64,000 nucleotides of DNA from Octopus vulgaris (GCA_951406725.2 OX597825.1:56544001-56608000); one strand, 5' to 3'; shown: positions 28,111-41,840, counted from the stretch's first letter. Program-made: numbers and translations. Notes: generated by a model not told the origin, from the sequence alone.

Positions 28111-28630
28111 TATCCATATGTCTGAGCGTATGTGTTTGTCTGTCTTAGTGAAGAATTGTATATATTGATATATTGATAAATTGATATATAAATAATTTCA
28201 TATATATTGATATATATGACGATATATGTGTGTCTCTGAATGTATATATATGTATGTGAGTGTGTGTGTGTGTGCATGGTGCACGCACTCGCGTTAGTCT
28301 TTTGTGTGTCTCTACATATGTATGTGAATATGTATACGTTTACGTCGACAAACAAACCTAGAACCAAATGTGGGTTGGCAGGAAAAGTATGAGAATGCAT
28401 TATTGCATTTTAATGCACATGCGCACTCGAACATTGCACTTGGGAGCAGAGAAACATGGGCATAATACTTAAACACCATCATTTAGACGTATGTGTGTGC
28501 ATGTGTATATGCATTTATGTACATATGTATGTGTGTGTGAATATATATATGTGTGTGAATGAATATGTTTATATGTATGTATATATATATACTCATATAT
28601 ATATATATATATACATATATATATACATAC

Positions 28631-28725
<95 letters not shown>

Positions 28726-28742
28726 TATATATACATATATAT

Positions 28743-28773
<31 letters not shown>

Positions 28774-29296
28774 CGTATATATATATGTGTGTGTGTATAT
28801 ACATACATTAATACATTCATACATATACACATACACATACATACATACATACATACATACTTTCATACACACATACATACACACCTACATGCATACATGC
28901 ATACATACATACATACATACATACATATGTGTATGCACAAAATACAGATAGACGTACATATAGATAGGTATACAAATACGTAGATAATAGACATAAGAAC
29001 ATATTTATATGTTTTTTCTGCTTGTTATACGGGATGCATTAAATGTGCAGTATGATGGCAACGTCTAAGAGAGTTCTTAAAGAACACAGAATAGTGAAAG
29101 ATTTAAGTAAATTGCAGCAGCGAAATAAATATACAAATAAAATAAGATTTAGCTTTTATTAGGCTTAGATTTATATATACACACACGTTCACACACTTGC
29201 ACGCGTTGACACACACAAGCAAGCGCACACAAACACACGCATACACGTACACACATAAACACGCAAATATATATATAAAGATATGTGTGTGTGTGT

Positions 29297-29365
<69 letters not shown>

Positions 29366-29621
29366 TATGCGAGTGCACGTATGTGCGTGTGAATGTGAGT
29401 ATAAGCATGTGTCGATATGCACGCTTAAATATGTGTGTTTGTGTCTGTGTGTGTACAAATATATATATATATATATACATGCACACATATGTATGCATCT
29501 ATATATGTATATATAACTATACATAAATATATACATATATTGATACATAGTCATATATGTATAAATATATCTTATATATATATATACATATATATACATA
29601 TATATATACATATAGATATAC

Positions 29622-29683
<62 letters not shown>

Positions 29684-29730
29684 GTATATATATATGTATG
29701 TATGTATATATATGCATATATATGCATATA
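25470..29730. repeat. Compound (AT)n/(AC)n/(ATGT)n/(AGAT)n/(GTAG)n microsatellite block
   Basis: About 4.2 kb dominated by simple repeats with short unique islands. Confidence 0.95.
26245..26298 (-). ncRNA. Minimal type I hammerhead-ribozyme-like motif
   Basis: Minus strand TTATCT-CTGAAGA-T-GGCT(TTTAAT)AGCC-GAA-ACAAA(CTTTAT)TTTGT-A-AGAAAA: both core boxes, three stems and a GUA triplet. Confidence 0.6.
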
Positions 29731-29734
29731 TATA

Positions 29735-30611
29735 CGTGGTCTCATCAATCCGGACTGTTCCCATAGTAACAAACCTAAAGTACACAAATTAAAGCCGCTT
29801 CGCAAAGATTGACCTTCAACTCTGCTGTGCATGCGCACTAAGCTTTAACGATCCAGCTCGATTCTACTCTTTAGAGCACTGCTTGGAAGGAAGGTGTTTA
29901 GTATGTGATCGCCGCATTGACTACGCCAGAGAAAGGAGAACAGAGAATCTGCATCAAATTTTGCCGAAAGCTTGGCGATACCTGCGCAGAGGCCTACGCG
30001 AAGTTTTCAAAACGTATACATCGTTCTCAACACAATCAAGGAGATCTTGTGCAACTGAAACCCGAGTGTCTTTTTGATCAGCTGAAAGCAATTTTGGCCA
30101 AAACTTGGCAGACACGCGTCTCATACACAAATATTCAGCGATGATAAACTGAACTGAACCGTAACTAATCTGCACATCCTCTGATAACTCACGGATGGTG
30201 ATTCGACGATGTCCCCTCACAGCTGCACGCACATATGCGATGTTTATATAAGTTCTGCTGCTTATGGATCTCCCAGAACGTTCGTCAATATCGACATTAT
30301 AGCGGCCTTCTTGAGAAACGTCTGAATTACTCGTATACTTGTGTGCAATTCATGCACTCCTCTCCATACACTTTCTGCAAGTTTGCGTAGGCCACTGAGC
30401 AGGTATCACCATGACAACTTTCTCTGTGATGGCCAATGCTACGGTCACATGCTACACACCTTGCTTCCAAGCACTTCTGTAAACAGCGGATGTGAGCTAG
30501 AACGTTAAAACACAGCAAAGTTCAAGGTCAGTCTTTGTGAAGCAGATCCAATCTGTGTGATTTAGCTTTGTTACTATGGCAACAGTCCAGATATTTATTG
30601 GTCAGACCCCG
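29735..30611. mobile_element. Mariner composite of two 5' halves in inverted orientation
   Basis: TA-flanked TIRs at both ends; + strand EQRICIKFCRKLGDTCAEAYAK; - strand GDTCSVAYANLQKVYG..RRITIRELSEDVQISYGSV..VSAKFWPKLLS. Confidence 0.85.
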
Positions 30612-30700
30612 TATATGTATATATACAGAGAGAAAGAAAGAGAGAGTGTGCGTGTGTGTATGTGTATGTGTGAGTTAGAAAGAGAGAGAGAGATATCATA

Positions 30701-30828
30701 CTCTTTTACCCTTTTACTCTTTTATTTGTTTCAGTCATTTGACTGTGGCCATGATGGAGCACCGCCTTTAGTCAAGCAAATCGACCCCAGGACTTATTCT
30801 TTGTAAGCCTAGTACTTATTCTATCGGT

Positions 30829-30871
<43 letters not shown>

Positions 30872-31033
30872 GACGGGCTTCTTTCAGTTTCCGTCTACCA
30901 AATACACTCACAAGGCTTTGGCCGGCCCAAGGCTATAGTAGAAGACACTTGCCCAAGGTGCCACGCAGTGGGAATGAACCAGGAACCATGTGGTTGGTAA
31001 GCAAGCTACTTACCACACAGCCACTCCTACGCC
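30701..31033 (-). mobile_element. SINE family B, internally deleted
   Basis: Reverse complement of the family B head and tail joined through a (TA)n tract. Confidence 0.85.
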
Positions 31034-31853
31034 TATAACTAGACATTAACTTGGAAAATTTTATTGGAATTATTTACTCAATATTACACATGTCTCGTTT
31101 GCTAACGTAATTCATATTAGCAAATGAAACAACATGTATTGATGAATAAATAATACCAATAAATTTTCTTACTACCTTTTTTTTTCATATAATAACTTTG
31201 CGAACATTCTTTCCAAAATTTTCAATTATAATATGTACTTTCCATCTATACAACGGAAAGTAACGACATTCTGGATTTGTGATATAGGAATAAGCAGATG
31301 TACTTCAAGAGGAGACGGCTGGGTTTTTTCCAAACTACCTATAACACTATGTGTGTGGGAGGTGTTTGTGTGTGGGGGGATGTTTGTGTGTAGGGGGGAG
31401 TGTTTATGTGTGTGTGTATACGATCATTGTTATGCACCTCAAATGTGTGAAAGATATTGGTACCTGTGAAGGCTTGTCATTGCAGTTTGCCATGGAGAAA
31501 ATATTCTCTCTTGAGACAAAAACGTACGAGCTCAGAGTGATCGCTATTTGACTGATGGGTGCATTTCGAAATTGTGTTCTTCAGCAGCAGATACCGAGGG
31601 AGGCAACTCTCTTTCATTCACTCTCTGTCTTTCTCTGTCAGTTTCTCTCTCTCTCGCCCCTTCTCTCTCCACTTCCCTCTCTCTCTCTCTCTCTCTCTAT
31701 GTGTGTGTTTTATGTTATGCAATGCATATATGTACAGAGAGAGGGAGAGAGACGAATATAGACAGACAGACGGACGGAAGGAGAGACAAACAGGCTGACA
31801 GACTGACAGACGGACGGACAGATAACAGACACATACGCAGATAGCTAGCTAAC

Positions 31854-31941
<88 letters not shown>

Positions 31942-32589
31942 CTGACAGAGAAAAAGAAAGATAACGAAATGAACTAAGAAAGAAAAATACCCAGGAGATA
32001 AATGTTTTCTTTTTGCATATATCCTTATGTTCGGTCTGCTGGTAAGACAATTGTTGTGCTGTTGACGCCAGTTGAGGCAGAAACATGTGTCCTTGTCGAT
32101 CTTTATATCACCAGATAATCAACTTCTTTTAGCTTAATGCTAGATAAGTTTTGTTTATTCCTTCATTCTTCAATTTAAATTATCTCCCTTTCTTATATAT
32201 ATCAGTTTATTCCGATATAGAAGTAGGATATAAAGATTACATTTTGCTATTCATACTGCTTCTGTCGTAATTAATTAATCTTTAATAAACCTGCTGGCTA
32301 TTTGCGACATTGGTGTGTGAAAAGATGCTGATATTCTGCATGTATATCATTACAGCGAGATTTCACTGGCATGCGGTAACTAAACGTTTCCCACTGATGA
32401 TTAGTAGTAGAACGAAATCACGTGATATGGGAATTCCGGCGCCCATGACAGACGATTCTTGTCTGCTACAATCTGTGTATGTGTAGTTTTATGGACTAAG
32501 CGCCTATGTGAGGGGACCTCTCAAGGATAATAACGCAGTGTTCGGTGTTCTTTCAAAATATCCATGTTAAGTTGGATATAAATACTGTA

Positions 32590-32642
<53 letters not shown>

Positions 32643-32647
<5 letters not shown>

Positions 32648-32972
32648 CCCCCTTCGGTCACGACAGAGACCATGGGATTGCACCTAGAAGGTTACCCTCA
32701 CAGGCACACGTCCAGACAAGGTTGTTTATGGAAGACGAGCAGTCGCCCATGCATACCGGTCTCCCCTTCTCACGCCACCAGTGTTATCCAAGGGAAAGTC
32801 AACGACCGATACAGCTTGGTACCTGTGACGTCACAACTCATTTCTACGGCTGAGTGAACTGGAACAACGTGAAATAAGTGTCTTACTTAAGAACACAACA
32901 CGCAGCCCGGTCTGGCTCACAACCTCACGATCGTAGGCTCCACGCTCTAACCACTGAGCCATACGCCTTCAC
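32643..32972 (-). mobile_element. tRNA-derived SINE, family D
   Basis: Reverse complement GTGAAGGCGTATGGCTCAGTGGTTAGAGCG A-box; core TGTGTTCTT..GACACTTATTTCACGTTGTTCCAGTTCACTCAGC. Confidence 0.8.
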
Positions 32973-33002
32973 ACACACACACATACACACACACACACAC
33001 AT

Positions 33003-33042
<40 letters not shown>

Positions 33043-33164
33043 AGCACGATTTATTCGTGATTAGTGTTGTTCGAAAACCGAGGTACTACTGTATTACCTT
33101 TTAATACTACTTCCGTTGTTAATAATTGATATATATATATATATATACAAAATAGAAGAATATA

Positions 33165-33708
33165 TTGGGTTGTCCGGAACGTTCGTGTCGACTTTTAAAG
33201 GAAAGAAGAAGGTCAATAGTTACTTGCCATTACATTTTTAATCAACCAAATATAAACCATTTTGTTGCACAATGCGGATCCATCTTTCCTTTAACTTGAA
33301 AATACCCTCTTCCCAGAATTGAGGTAGTTTCAGGGCAAAGAATTCATCAAGGTGTCTTTTTACGTCATCCAAGGAATTGAAATTTTTACAATTAAGACTA
33401 TTCTGCAGAGATCTGAATAAGTGGAAATCCGAAGGAGCAATATCTGGTGAATATGGAGCGTGGGGTAACACATCCCAGCCGAGCTGAAGCAATTTTTGTC
33501 TGTTTCCCAAAGCATCAAGTGCGGAAAATGAACTTTCTTATCTTCCATTTTAAAGGGTTACAGAATTAACACAGGTTATAGGAACATAAACCTTCTTCCA
33601 CGAAAAGATAGCTTAAACTGTGCTCTAAATGGAGGTGTAGCCAAATCCTATTTTATGGACTCAACCATGTTCTAAAATAAATCGGCACGAACTTTCCGGA
33701 CAACCCAA
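33165..33708 (-). mobile_element. Mariner internal-deletion derivative (544 bp)
   Basis: TIRs TTGGGTTGTCCGGAA.GTTCGTG.CGA, TA on both sides; start MEDKKVHF joined to WDVLPHAPYSPDIAPSDFHLFRSLQN..GIFKLKERW..LYLVD*. Confidence 0.93.
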
Positions 33709-33889
33709 TATTTCAACGTTTCCTGGGGCTTTTCTTACTGTCTGTATATATGTAGTTATACATACGTATATACATATATTCGCACATTCATACACACACA
33801 CGTATATATGTATATATTTATATAGTATGTATGCATATATGTATGTATGTATGTATGCATGTATGTATGTATGTATGTATGTATGTATG

Positions 33890-33951
<62 letters not shown>

Positions 33952-34098
33952 TCATACATACATATATACAAAAGTACCCTGTTGATGTTGAAATTCCAAT
34001 GAAGGAGCCTTGAATCTAGGTTAGAAACCGACTTTTTCTCTATTGCCAAGAAATCTTGAAATAAAACTGAACAATGATGTGCATACATATATATATGT

Positions 34099-34192
<94 letters not shown>

Positions 34193-34533
34193 ATCTGACA
34201 CTTCACACTTGGGAAATTTCACGTTACCAATTATTTAAAAGATTAATGTAGTATGTTGCTTCCTGCTATATGAGCAAAACCATTCGCGATCCACATATAT
34301 ATGGAGTTTAAAGTATGTTAACTATTAATATCTATTAAACAGATTACTCTTATGCAATACGCGTCTTATTATATTTAGTGACTACGGAAATTTTGTTCTC
34401 AGTATCCCATTAATTTATATCATCTTATTCTAAGTATGTGTAACTTTGTACAAAAGGTCAGAATTGTTAAATACTTGCAGAGCTGACTATCATTATTTAT
34501 TGAAAGTTTTCCTAATATCAACAACCTAATATA

Positions 34534-34768
34534 TATTTCTTTACTGCCCACAAGGGGCTAAACATAGAGGGGACAAACAAGGACAGACAAAGGGATGGAT
34601 TAAGTCGATTACATCGACCCCAGTGCGTAACTGGTACTTTATTTATCGACCCCGAAAGGATGAAAGGCAAAGTCGACCTCGGCGGAATTTGAACTCAGAA
34701 CGTAACGGCAGACGAAATACGGCTACGCATTTCGCCCGGCGTGCTAACGCTTCTGCTAGCTCACCGCC
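34534..34768 (-). mobile_element. SINE family A, full length
   Basis: Close reverse-complement match to 31-255. Confidence 0.9.
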
Positions 34769-35867
34769 TAATATAGGTTGTCATTCCTGTTATTATTTGT
34801 TCAACTGATTTTTACAATATTATTGATTGGCCATACTTTGAAATGTGATTATCATGACGAAAACCTCATTAAAAATAATTGATTTTATTCTTTATGTGTG
34901 GTTTATACATACGAGGCTGAAGATACGGGAAGATACGCTGATAAGTGGATAAGTGCATTGAACTCATATGGATCCAAGCTCGTGGATTCCATTCCTGAAA
35001 CAGGCGGTGCGATGTGTCATTGAGCAAGCCTCATCGATTCACCTTGCGCCATTCTACTCTGCTATAAAAGAGTACAATTCTAGTACTTCTGTAGCCTTCT
35101 TATACCCTTGTTCTTGGATCGCTAAGAGTATGTTTATGTCTACATACAATCACACAGGCACCTGAAACAAATATCGAAAACATGGAACAAGCTAGTAGAT
35201 TATATTCGCTTGAGAGTGACAGCTAAGTCTTTCTACTAAATACTCCTAGTGATGATTTGTTGTTCATGACTATTGAAAACATTTTCCGGGCAACTAAAGA
35301 AATTTTAAACGGCAAATTATAACTTGACAAATGTGAGAACATTTTTGCATATCTATATGCATGTGGGTTTATGCGAGTGTGCGTGGTTGTACAAGTGGTT
35401 TTCATACATCAGTTGTTTGACTAATCGGTAACTTGGAACTCGATGTTACTATTTAAGCAACATCGTCCTCTAATAAAACATATACACTCTGGTTTGTGTA
35501 TTGCGTACTTTTTGCCGTTTGTAAACACAGGCATTAATTAATCATATTGGTTTGGTTGTGTGTATGGATATATTTATACACAGATTCACGCCATTTATAC
35601 GCAAATATACAAATATACATCCACACATACGTTCAAATCCCCTCACACCTATACACAAATAAATAGGAAATATATGCACATACAAACTTATACGCTCATA
35701 CATATGCAGACATACATGCACAAACATAATAACCATAGAAAAATTAACAGAAGACGTAAACACTTACATACGCACACGAAACTGATATGCACTCAGTCAC
35801 GTGACTAACTACTTAGCTTCTAATCCATTTACCTACCTACGTACTTATTAATCAATTAGACCGTATT

Positions 35868-35911
<44 letters not shown>

Positions 35912-35945
35912 CATACAGACATGCTGGTATGTTTATATGTATATA

Positions 35946-36017
<72 letters not shown>

Positions 36018-36221
36018 TATATTTTATATATATATATATATTATATACATCCATATGTATGTATGTACAGAAACATATATGTTAATACATATGCATATAC
36101 GTATTTATACACCAGCATATACAAATATTATATATATGCATATATATATGTTATATATGCGTGTCTAGTTGTAAATTTATGCATATATCTATATATAAAC
36201 ATGTATTCCTACTCACGTAAT

Positions 36222-36260
<39 letters not shown>

Positions 36261-36779
36261 TATATATATACACACTCGCACAAACACACACAATACGTAT
36301 TTATTTATAAATACAGACACATACACATAGGCAAACAGAATAAGAGAAAGAAATACAGATATTTACCGAATTACTCACACTTTCACAGCCAAACGTATGT
36401 ATATATGTATGTATGTTTGTATGTATCTATGTATGTATTTTCAATTAACATTTGTATTACTGTATTTCCCGATATGTGTACATGTGTGTGAGTGTGTGTG
36501 CGTTTGTGTGTGTGTGTGTTTATGTGTAAGTATGTATGTATCTATGCATATTCAATTAACATTTGTCTCTCTCTCTCTTTCTCTCTCTTACTTTCTCCAT
36601 ACATATATGAAGATACGTCTGTGTGTGTGCGTGTGCATGTGTGTATTTATCAATCTACAAAGATTGATAGATAGAGAGAGAGAGACAGACAGACAGACAA
36701 ATGATAGGTATGCAGGCAGGTAGATGGGTAGGTAGGAAGGCATGTAGATAGGTACGTAGGTAGACAGGCAGGTAGATAA

Positions 36780-36852
<73 letters not shown>

Positions 36853-37033
36853 AACGTATAGACGTGTATACGTAAATACGTACACATACATATGGGTGGG
36901 AGGGTGTGAGTGTGTGTGTGCATGTGTATGTGTGCGCGAGTGTGTGTGTATGTGTGTGTGTGTGCGTGTGTGTGTGTGTGTGTATCTACGTACATATATC
37001 CAAAAGGTAAACGGCGCTTCACTTTAGCTTTAA

Positions 37034-37064
37034 GAAAATGGCCGCCGCCATTTTCCAATATAGG
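37034..37064. promoter_or_regulatory. Candidate YY1 inverted pair plus CArG box
   Basis: GAAAATGGC-CGCC-GCCATTTTC inverted repeat directly followed by CCAATATAGG, which fits CC(A/T)6GG. Confidence 0.3.
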
Positions 37065-38395
37065 TGAATGCCAAATGCCAAGTTGAATATAGACAATTGT
37101 CTAAGTGGGTGGTGGATGACAGAGAAAATGAGATCATGGGACGTCCATACGTTTCTCAAGAACATTAGTGACATGCGTCAACTGAAAATAGCTAAAACCG
37201 GACAGTCTAACCGGATTAAAAACACATCACCTCAGCAATTTTACCCGGAGTAGCCATCTTTTGCCCGCCTCTTCTTCTTTCTCATAGATCCATTCTATTT
37301 TAAGATTTAAGCACCAGAACAGTTGCTGTGATGTTCATGCTTTCCTAAGAGTATTAGCAATTTAAGTGTCGGATCTGAGTCGGTTGAGTGTCTCTGTTAA
37401 TGCTACTTTATTTTCTTTCATTTTCATTTTTATTTTATTTTATTCTATTTATTTATTTCGGTCCCCAGTTGGAGATGCAGAGAAGACGTTTTTTTTTTTT
37501 TCATTTTTTTTTTTCCTGGAACAACAGAAACAGAGATTACTGATTGAAGGAATTATACGTGCAATATGTACATTAAGAATAAAATGATATTATATTGGTT
37601 GTTGGTGTTGTTGTTGCTACTGCTGTTATCATTGATATTCTTGTTGCTCTTATTGCAGTCATTGCTGCTGTTATTTTTGTTGTGCTTGTAATCTCTCTTG
37701 CTGATACGGAGGTTACTATAATCTGTGCTGCTGCTGATGCTGATGTTGGTGTTCTTGTTGTTGTTGTTGTTGTTGTTATCGTTGATATTGCATTTGTTGT
37801 TATCATCTTTCTTGATATTGTGATGTCGGTGATATCGTTATCGTTGTCGTTGGTGTTGCAACTCTTGTCGATATTGTTGTTGCTGTTGTTGTGTACACAC
37901 ACATGATAACTCTAAACACACACACACACACATACACACACACACATATATATAAATACAAATGCTATAATAATACTCTAAGTAAAACTGACACACTCAC
38001 ATACACACTCACACACAAGTAACTACAGCATATACATACGGGCACCCACTCATAAAATACTCGCTCGCACATAGGTTAACTAAGCATCTGCAGAATCACC
38101 ACAAACACCGAAGACAGGTACACTCACTAACGCACACACTCAGACCAATCACCACACATACAGAGGCGAACACGCGCCCACAAACGCACACATAGCAAAG
38201 CACAGAGCTAGCTACTCGTTCAATACTTCCACTAGCATCACTCTACAAGCCAAACACCACTTCCGTTTCGGCCTCACTTCCTGTTCTCTTCCAAAGGTAG
38301 AAACCTGACAACACATAAAAAAAAAACGCTTCTTTCCTTTTACCAATGTTTTATACCTGTTTTCCGCGGACGAACTTTATTCCGAAACATAAGAC

Positions 38396-38466
<71 letters not shown>

Positions 38467-38514
38467 TACACACTCGCACGCACGCATGCGCACGCGCATA
38501 CATATATATAAACA

Positions 38515-38874
38515 AAGCCGGCACTCCGTCGGTTACAACAAGGGCTCCGGCTGATCTGATCAACGTAACAGCCTGCTTAGTGAAATTAACGTGCAAGTGG
38601 CTGAGCCCTCCACAGACATATGTACCCGCTACGTAATTTTCAGGGAGATTCAGCGTGACATAGAACGTGACATGGTCGACCCTTTGAATTACAGATACTA
38701 CTCATTTTTACCAGCTGAGTGGACTGGAAATAAAGTAAAATAATGAGTCTTGCTCAAGCGTGAAACGTGAAATAAAGTGTCTTGCTCAAGCACACAACGT
38801 GCCGCCGGGAATCGACGTCACTACCTTATGATCGTAGGCCGAGTACTCTCAAACCACTAAGCTCCATGCCTTCA
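38515..38874 (-). mobile_element. tRNA-derived SINE sharing the family D head and core with a different tail
   Basis: GCTGAGTGGACTGGA..CGTGAAATAAAGTGTCTTGCTCAAG.ACACAAC as in 32643-32972. Confidence 0.75.
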
Positions 38875-39104
38875 TACACATATGCACACGCACACACACA
38901 CACACACACACACAAACACGTATATGTATCTCTATATTTACATATATATGTGTGTGTACACCTATATATATATAAGTTCAGCAAAATTTAGATTCAAATG
39001 AATATGGTACTTGAAACGATCGTACCAAATTACCGAAGATATTCTTGTTGCTTATTTTGATTATATATATATATATATATATACAAATATACATATACAC
39101 ACAC

Positions 39105-39135
<31 letters not shown>

Positions 39136-39179
39136 CGTGTGTGTGTGTATGTGTGTATGTGTGTATGTATGTATGTATG

Positions 39180-39210
<31 letters not shown>

Positions 39211-39217
39211 GTATATA

Positions 39218-39250
39218 CTAGCTGAACCTATCCTGATGCTTCAGGAAGCA
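39218..39250 (-). mobile_element. Helitron-like 3' terminus
   Basis: Minus strand hairpin TCCTGA-AGCA-TCAGGA, 9 nt, then CTAG|T. Confidence 0.55.
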
Positions 39251-39656
39251 TTGAACATATAACGATATAACGTTTAACATTTTTATATGTTTTAATATAT
39301 TTTTAAAAAAAGAGAAAGGAAAATTTTGTTTTCATTCTATTTACTATTATTTTAAGTTATTGAATTTGTAAATTTACAAAAATATTATTGATAATTTGAA
39401 AATTGTTATTGATTTTAATTTTTACCTAAAGCTAAAACTGATATTAGGATTTCACGACTGCAACTAATTAAAAATTTAGGTTAAACTTGCCTTGATTTGA
39501 AAATTGTTTTTTATAGACCCAATTAATTAACCACAATAGAATAGAGATAACGTGACAGCTTGGTAGAGTCGTTGGAGCGTCGGAGCGAATATTTTGTAGT
39601 GATTGGTGTGATTCGCTGCACTCTGATTTACAAATAGCTGCTGAAGTCAGCATTAC

Positions 39657-39888
39657 CTATTTCTTTATTACCCACAAGGGGCTAAACACAGAGAGGACAA
39701 ACAAGGACAGACATAGGTATTAAGTCGATTACATCGACCCCAGTGCGTAACTGGTACTTAATTTATCGACCCCGAAAGGATGAAAGGCAAAGTCGACCTC
39801 GGCGGATTTTGAACTCACAACGTAACGGCAGACGAAATACCGCTAAGCATTTCGCCCGGCGTGCTAACGTTTCTGCCAGCTCGCCGCC
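39657..39888 (-). mobile_element. Young SINE family A copy nested in an older + strand copy
   Basis: TSD CTGAAGTCAGCATTAC at 39641-39656 and 39888-39903; host copy spans about 39553-39935. Confidence 0.92.
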
Positions 39889-40627
39889 TGAAGTCAGCAT
39901 TACTGTTCATCCTTCCGGGTTCAGTAAATCAAATAACAGTCCAAAAGTGGCAGATTGGCAGAATCGTTAGAGCGCAGGAAGTGATCTCTTGCGGCTGTAT
40001 GCGTTTTGTGTTCAAATTCCACCTCCTGTGAGGAAAAGATAAAACACCGTGAGTCTTCTTTGAGAAATTTCGTGCGACACTTTGGAAACAATTCTAAAAC
40101 TAAAACTAATGGAAACAATTTCTTTGTATCAATCGGAAGATCATCTGCAATGCCGTAACGTATATAATCCTTCGAGACCATATTTAGATCTGTGCCCCAA
40201 TAGCTCTTTCAGGTAAAATATAAAAATTAAAAAAACAGTAATAATACGAAGTATATTATAATTTTAACAATTTTATTTCGCTCTTGTCTACTAGCTTTTA
40301 CCTTTGGGAAGCATATCATTTCGCTTTTCTTACTCGCTGGTTTCCTCTCTTTCTTTCTCTCTTTGACGTCAATGTTTGTATCAATCATTGTTATTTCACG
40401 TCTACATAACGCTCATTCTGCTTGATGCATTACAAATTCTTCCTTCCTCTTCCAATTTCTTTGTTGCCTAGCAATTCTAGGAACATATGGCAAAGTCAGT
40501 CACGTGTGCATTTCTGATTTGGTTGGATTTTATCTACACTGCACTTTCCATTGATTTTCAATTACTTTTTGGTGATAACAAATTTTACCAAACTTTTCGA
40601 TTATACATGCATACACACACACACACG

Positions 40628-40672
<45 letters not shown>

Positions 40673-40674
40673 GC

Positions 40675-40705
<31 letters not shown>

Positions 40706-41323
40706 CACTCATACATGCATGTATATATATAATATATACACATACATATATGTGTGTATATAGGTGTATATGTGTGTATGTATATGTGTATATATAAACA
40801 TATATACACACACTCACAAAGATATATATACAAAAACAACAGTGATAAAAGAAACTACAATAAGATTATGTAACACGATTTTGGCCCCTGGGTAGTAACT
40901 GTTATTTCCTATTCGGTTATCCCTAGAATGTATTTCCTTCAAACCTTGCTTTTGTTACATAATTTCAAAACCCTAAAGAATCCCTTTGAATTCATGGTTA
41001 TGATACTCCCCCTCTATTCCATCTCATCATCAGAGATGCCAGCCACTAAGGGGTATGCTCAAGTGGTTAGTCAAGGAACTGACAAGCAAATCTCTGGTAC
41101 TGAGCAGAACGTTTGCTATAACGATATTTCTGCTTCAGCAACCTCAACACTGAATTTGTGTGACATGTAATGGAAAATAGATCAGCTTCAAAATATTGAT
41201 ATGCAGGTAGCAAAAGCAAAGATTGAAAGGAAAAGTAGTGATTTCCTTTGATTTCTAGATTAGAAGCAAATAGGACATGACACTTACTGACCAACGACAA
41301 AAAGAAGTTAATTTTATTACACA

Positions 41324-41738
41324 GGCGTAGGAGTGGCTGTGTGGTAAGTAGCTTGCTTACCAACCACATTGTTCCGGGTTCAGTCCCACTGCGTGGCACC
41401 GTGGGCAAGTGTCTTCTACTATAGCCTCGGGCCGACAAAAGCCTTGTGAGCTGATTTGGTAGACGAAAACTGAAAGAAGCCCGTCCTATATATGTATACA
41501 TATATGTTATGCGTGTGTGTATATGTTTGTGTGTCTGTGTTTGTCCCCCCAACATCGCTTGACAACCGATGTTGGTGTGTTTACGTCCCTGTAAGTTGGC
41601 GGTTCGGCAAAAAGATACTGACGATAGAATGAGTACTAGGCTTACAAAGAATATTGTCCTGGGGTCGATTTGCTCGACTAAAGGCGGTGCTCCAGCATGG
41701 CCACAGTTAAATGACTGAAACAAGTAAAAGAGTACAGA
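41324..41738 (+). mobile_element. SINE family B, full length
   Basis: GGCGTAGGAGTGGCTGTGTGGTAAG A-box, GGGTTCAGTCCC B-box, internal AT/GT microsatellite, GTAAAAGAG tail. Confidence 0.9.
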
Positions 41739-41840
41739 GTGTAATAATTCAAATTCTCGCATAAGGCCACCAATTTGGTGGGGAGGCCAAATCCTTTTGC
41801 TTCAGTATTTGATCTGTCCTTTAGTTTCTTTGATTCCGAC

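Noticed and set aside
25374-29812. Dozens of YI/CV/HT-repeat ORFs
   Set aside because: Dinucleotide microsatellite artefacts
33060-33093. Tigger/pogo-like TIR (GAGGTACTACTG|TA)
   Set aside because: No matching opposite TIR found
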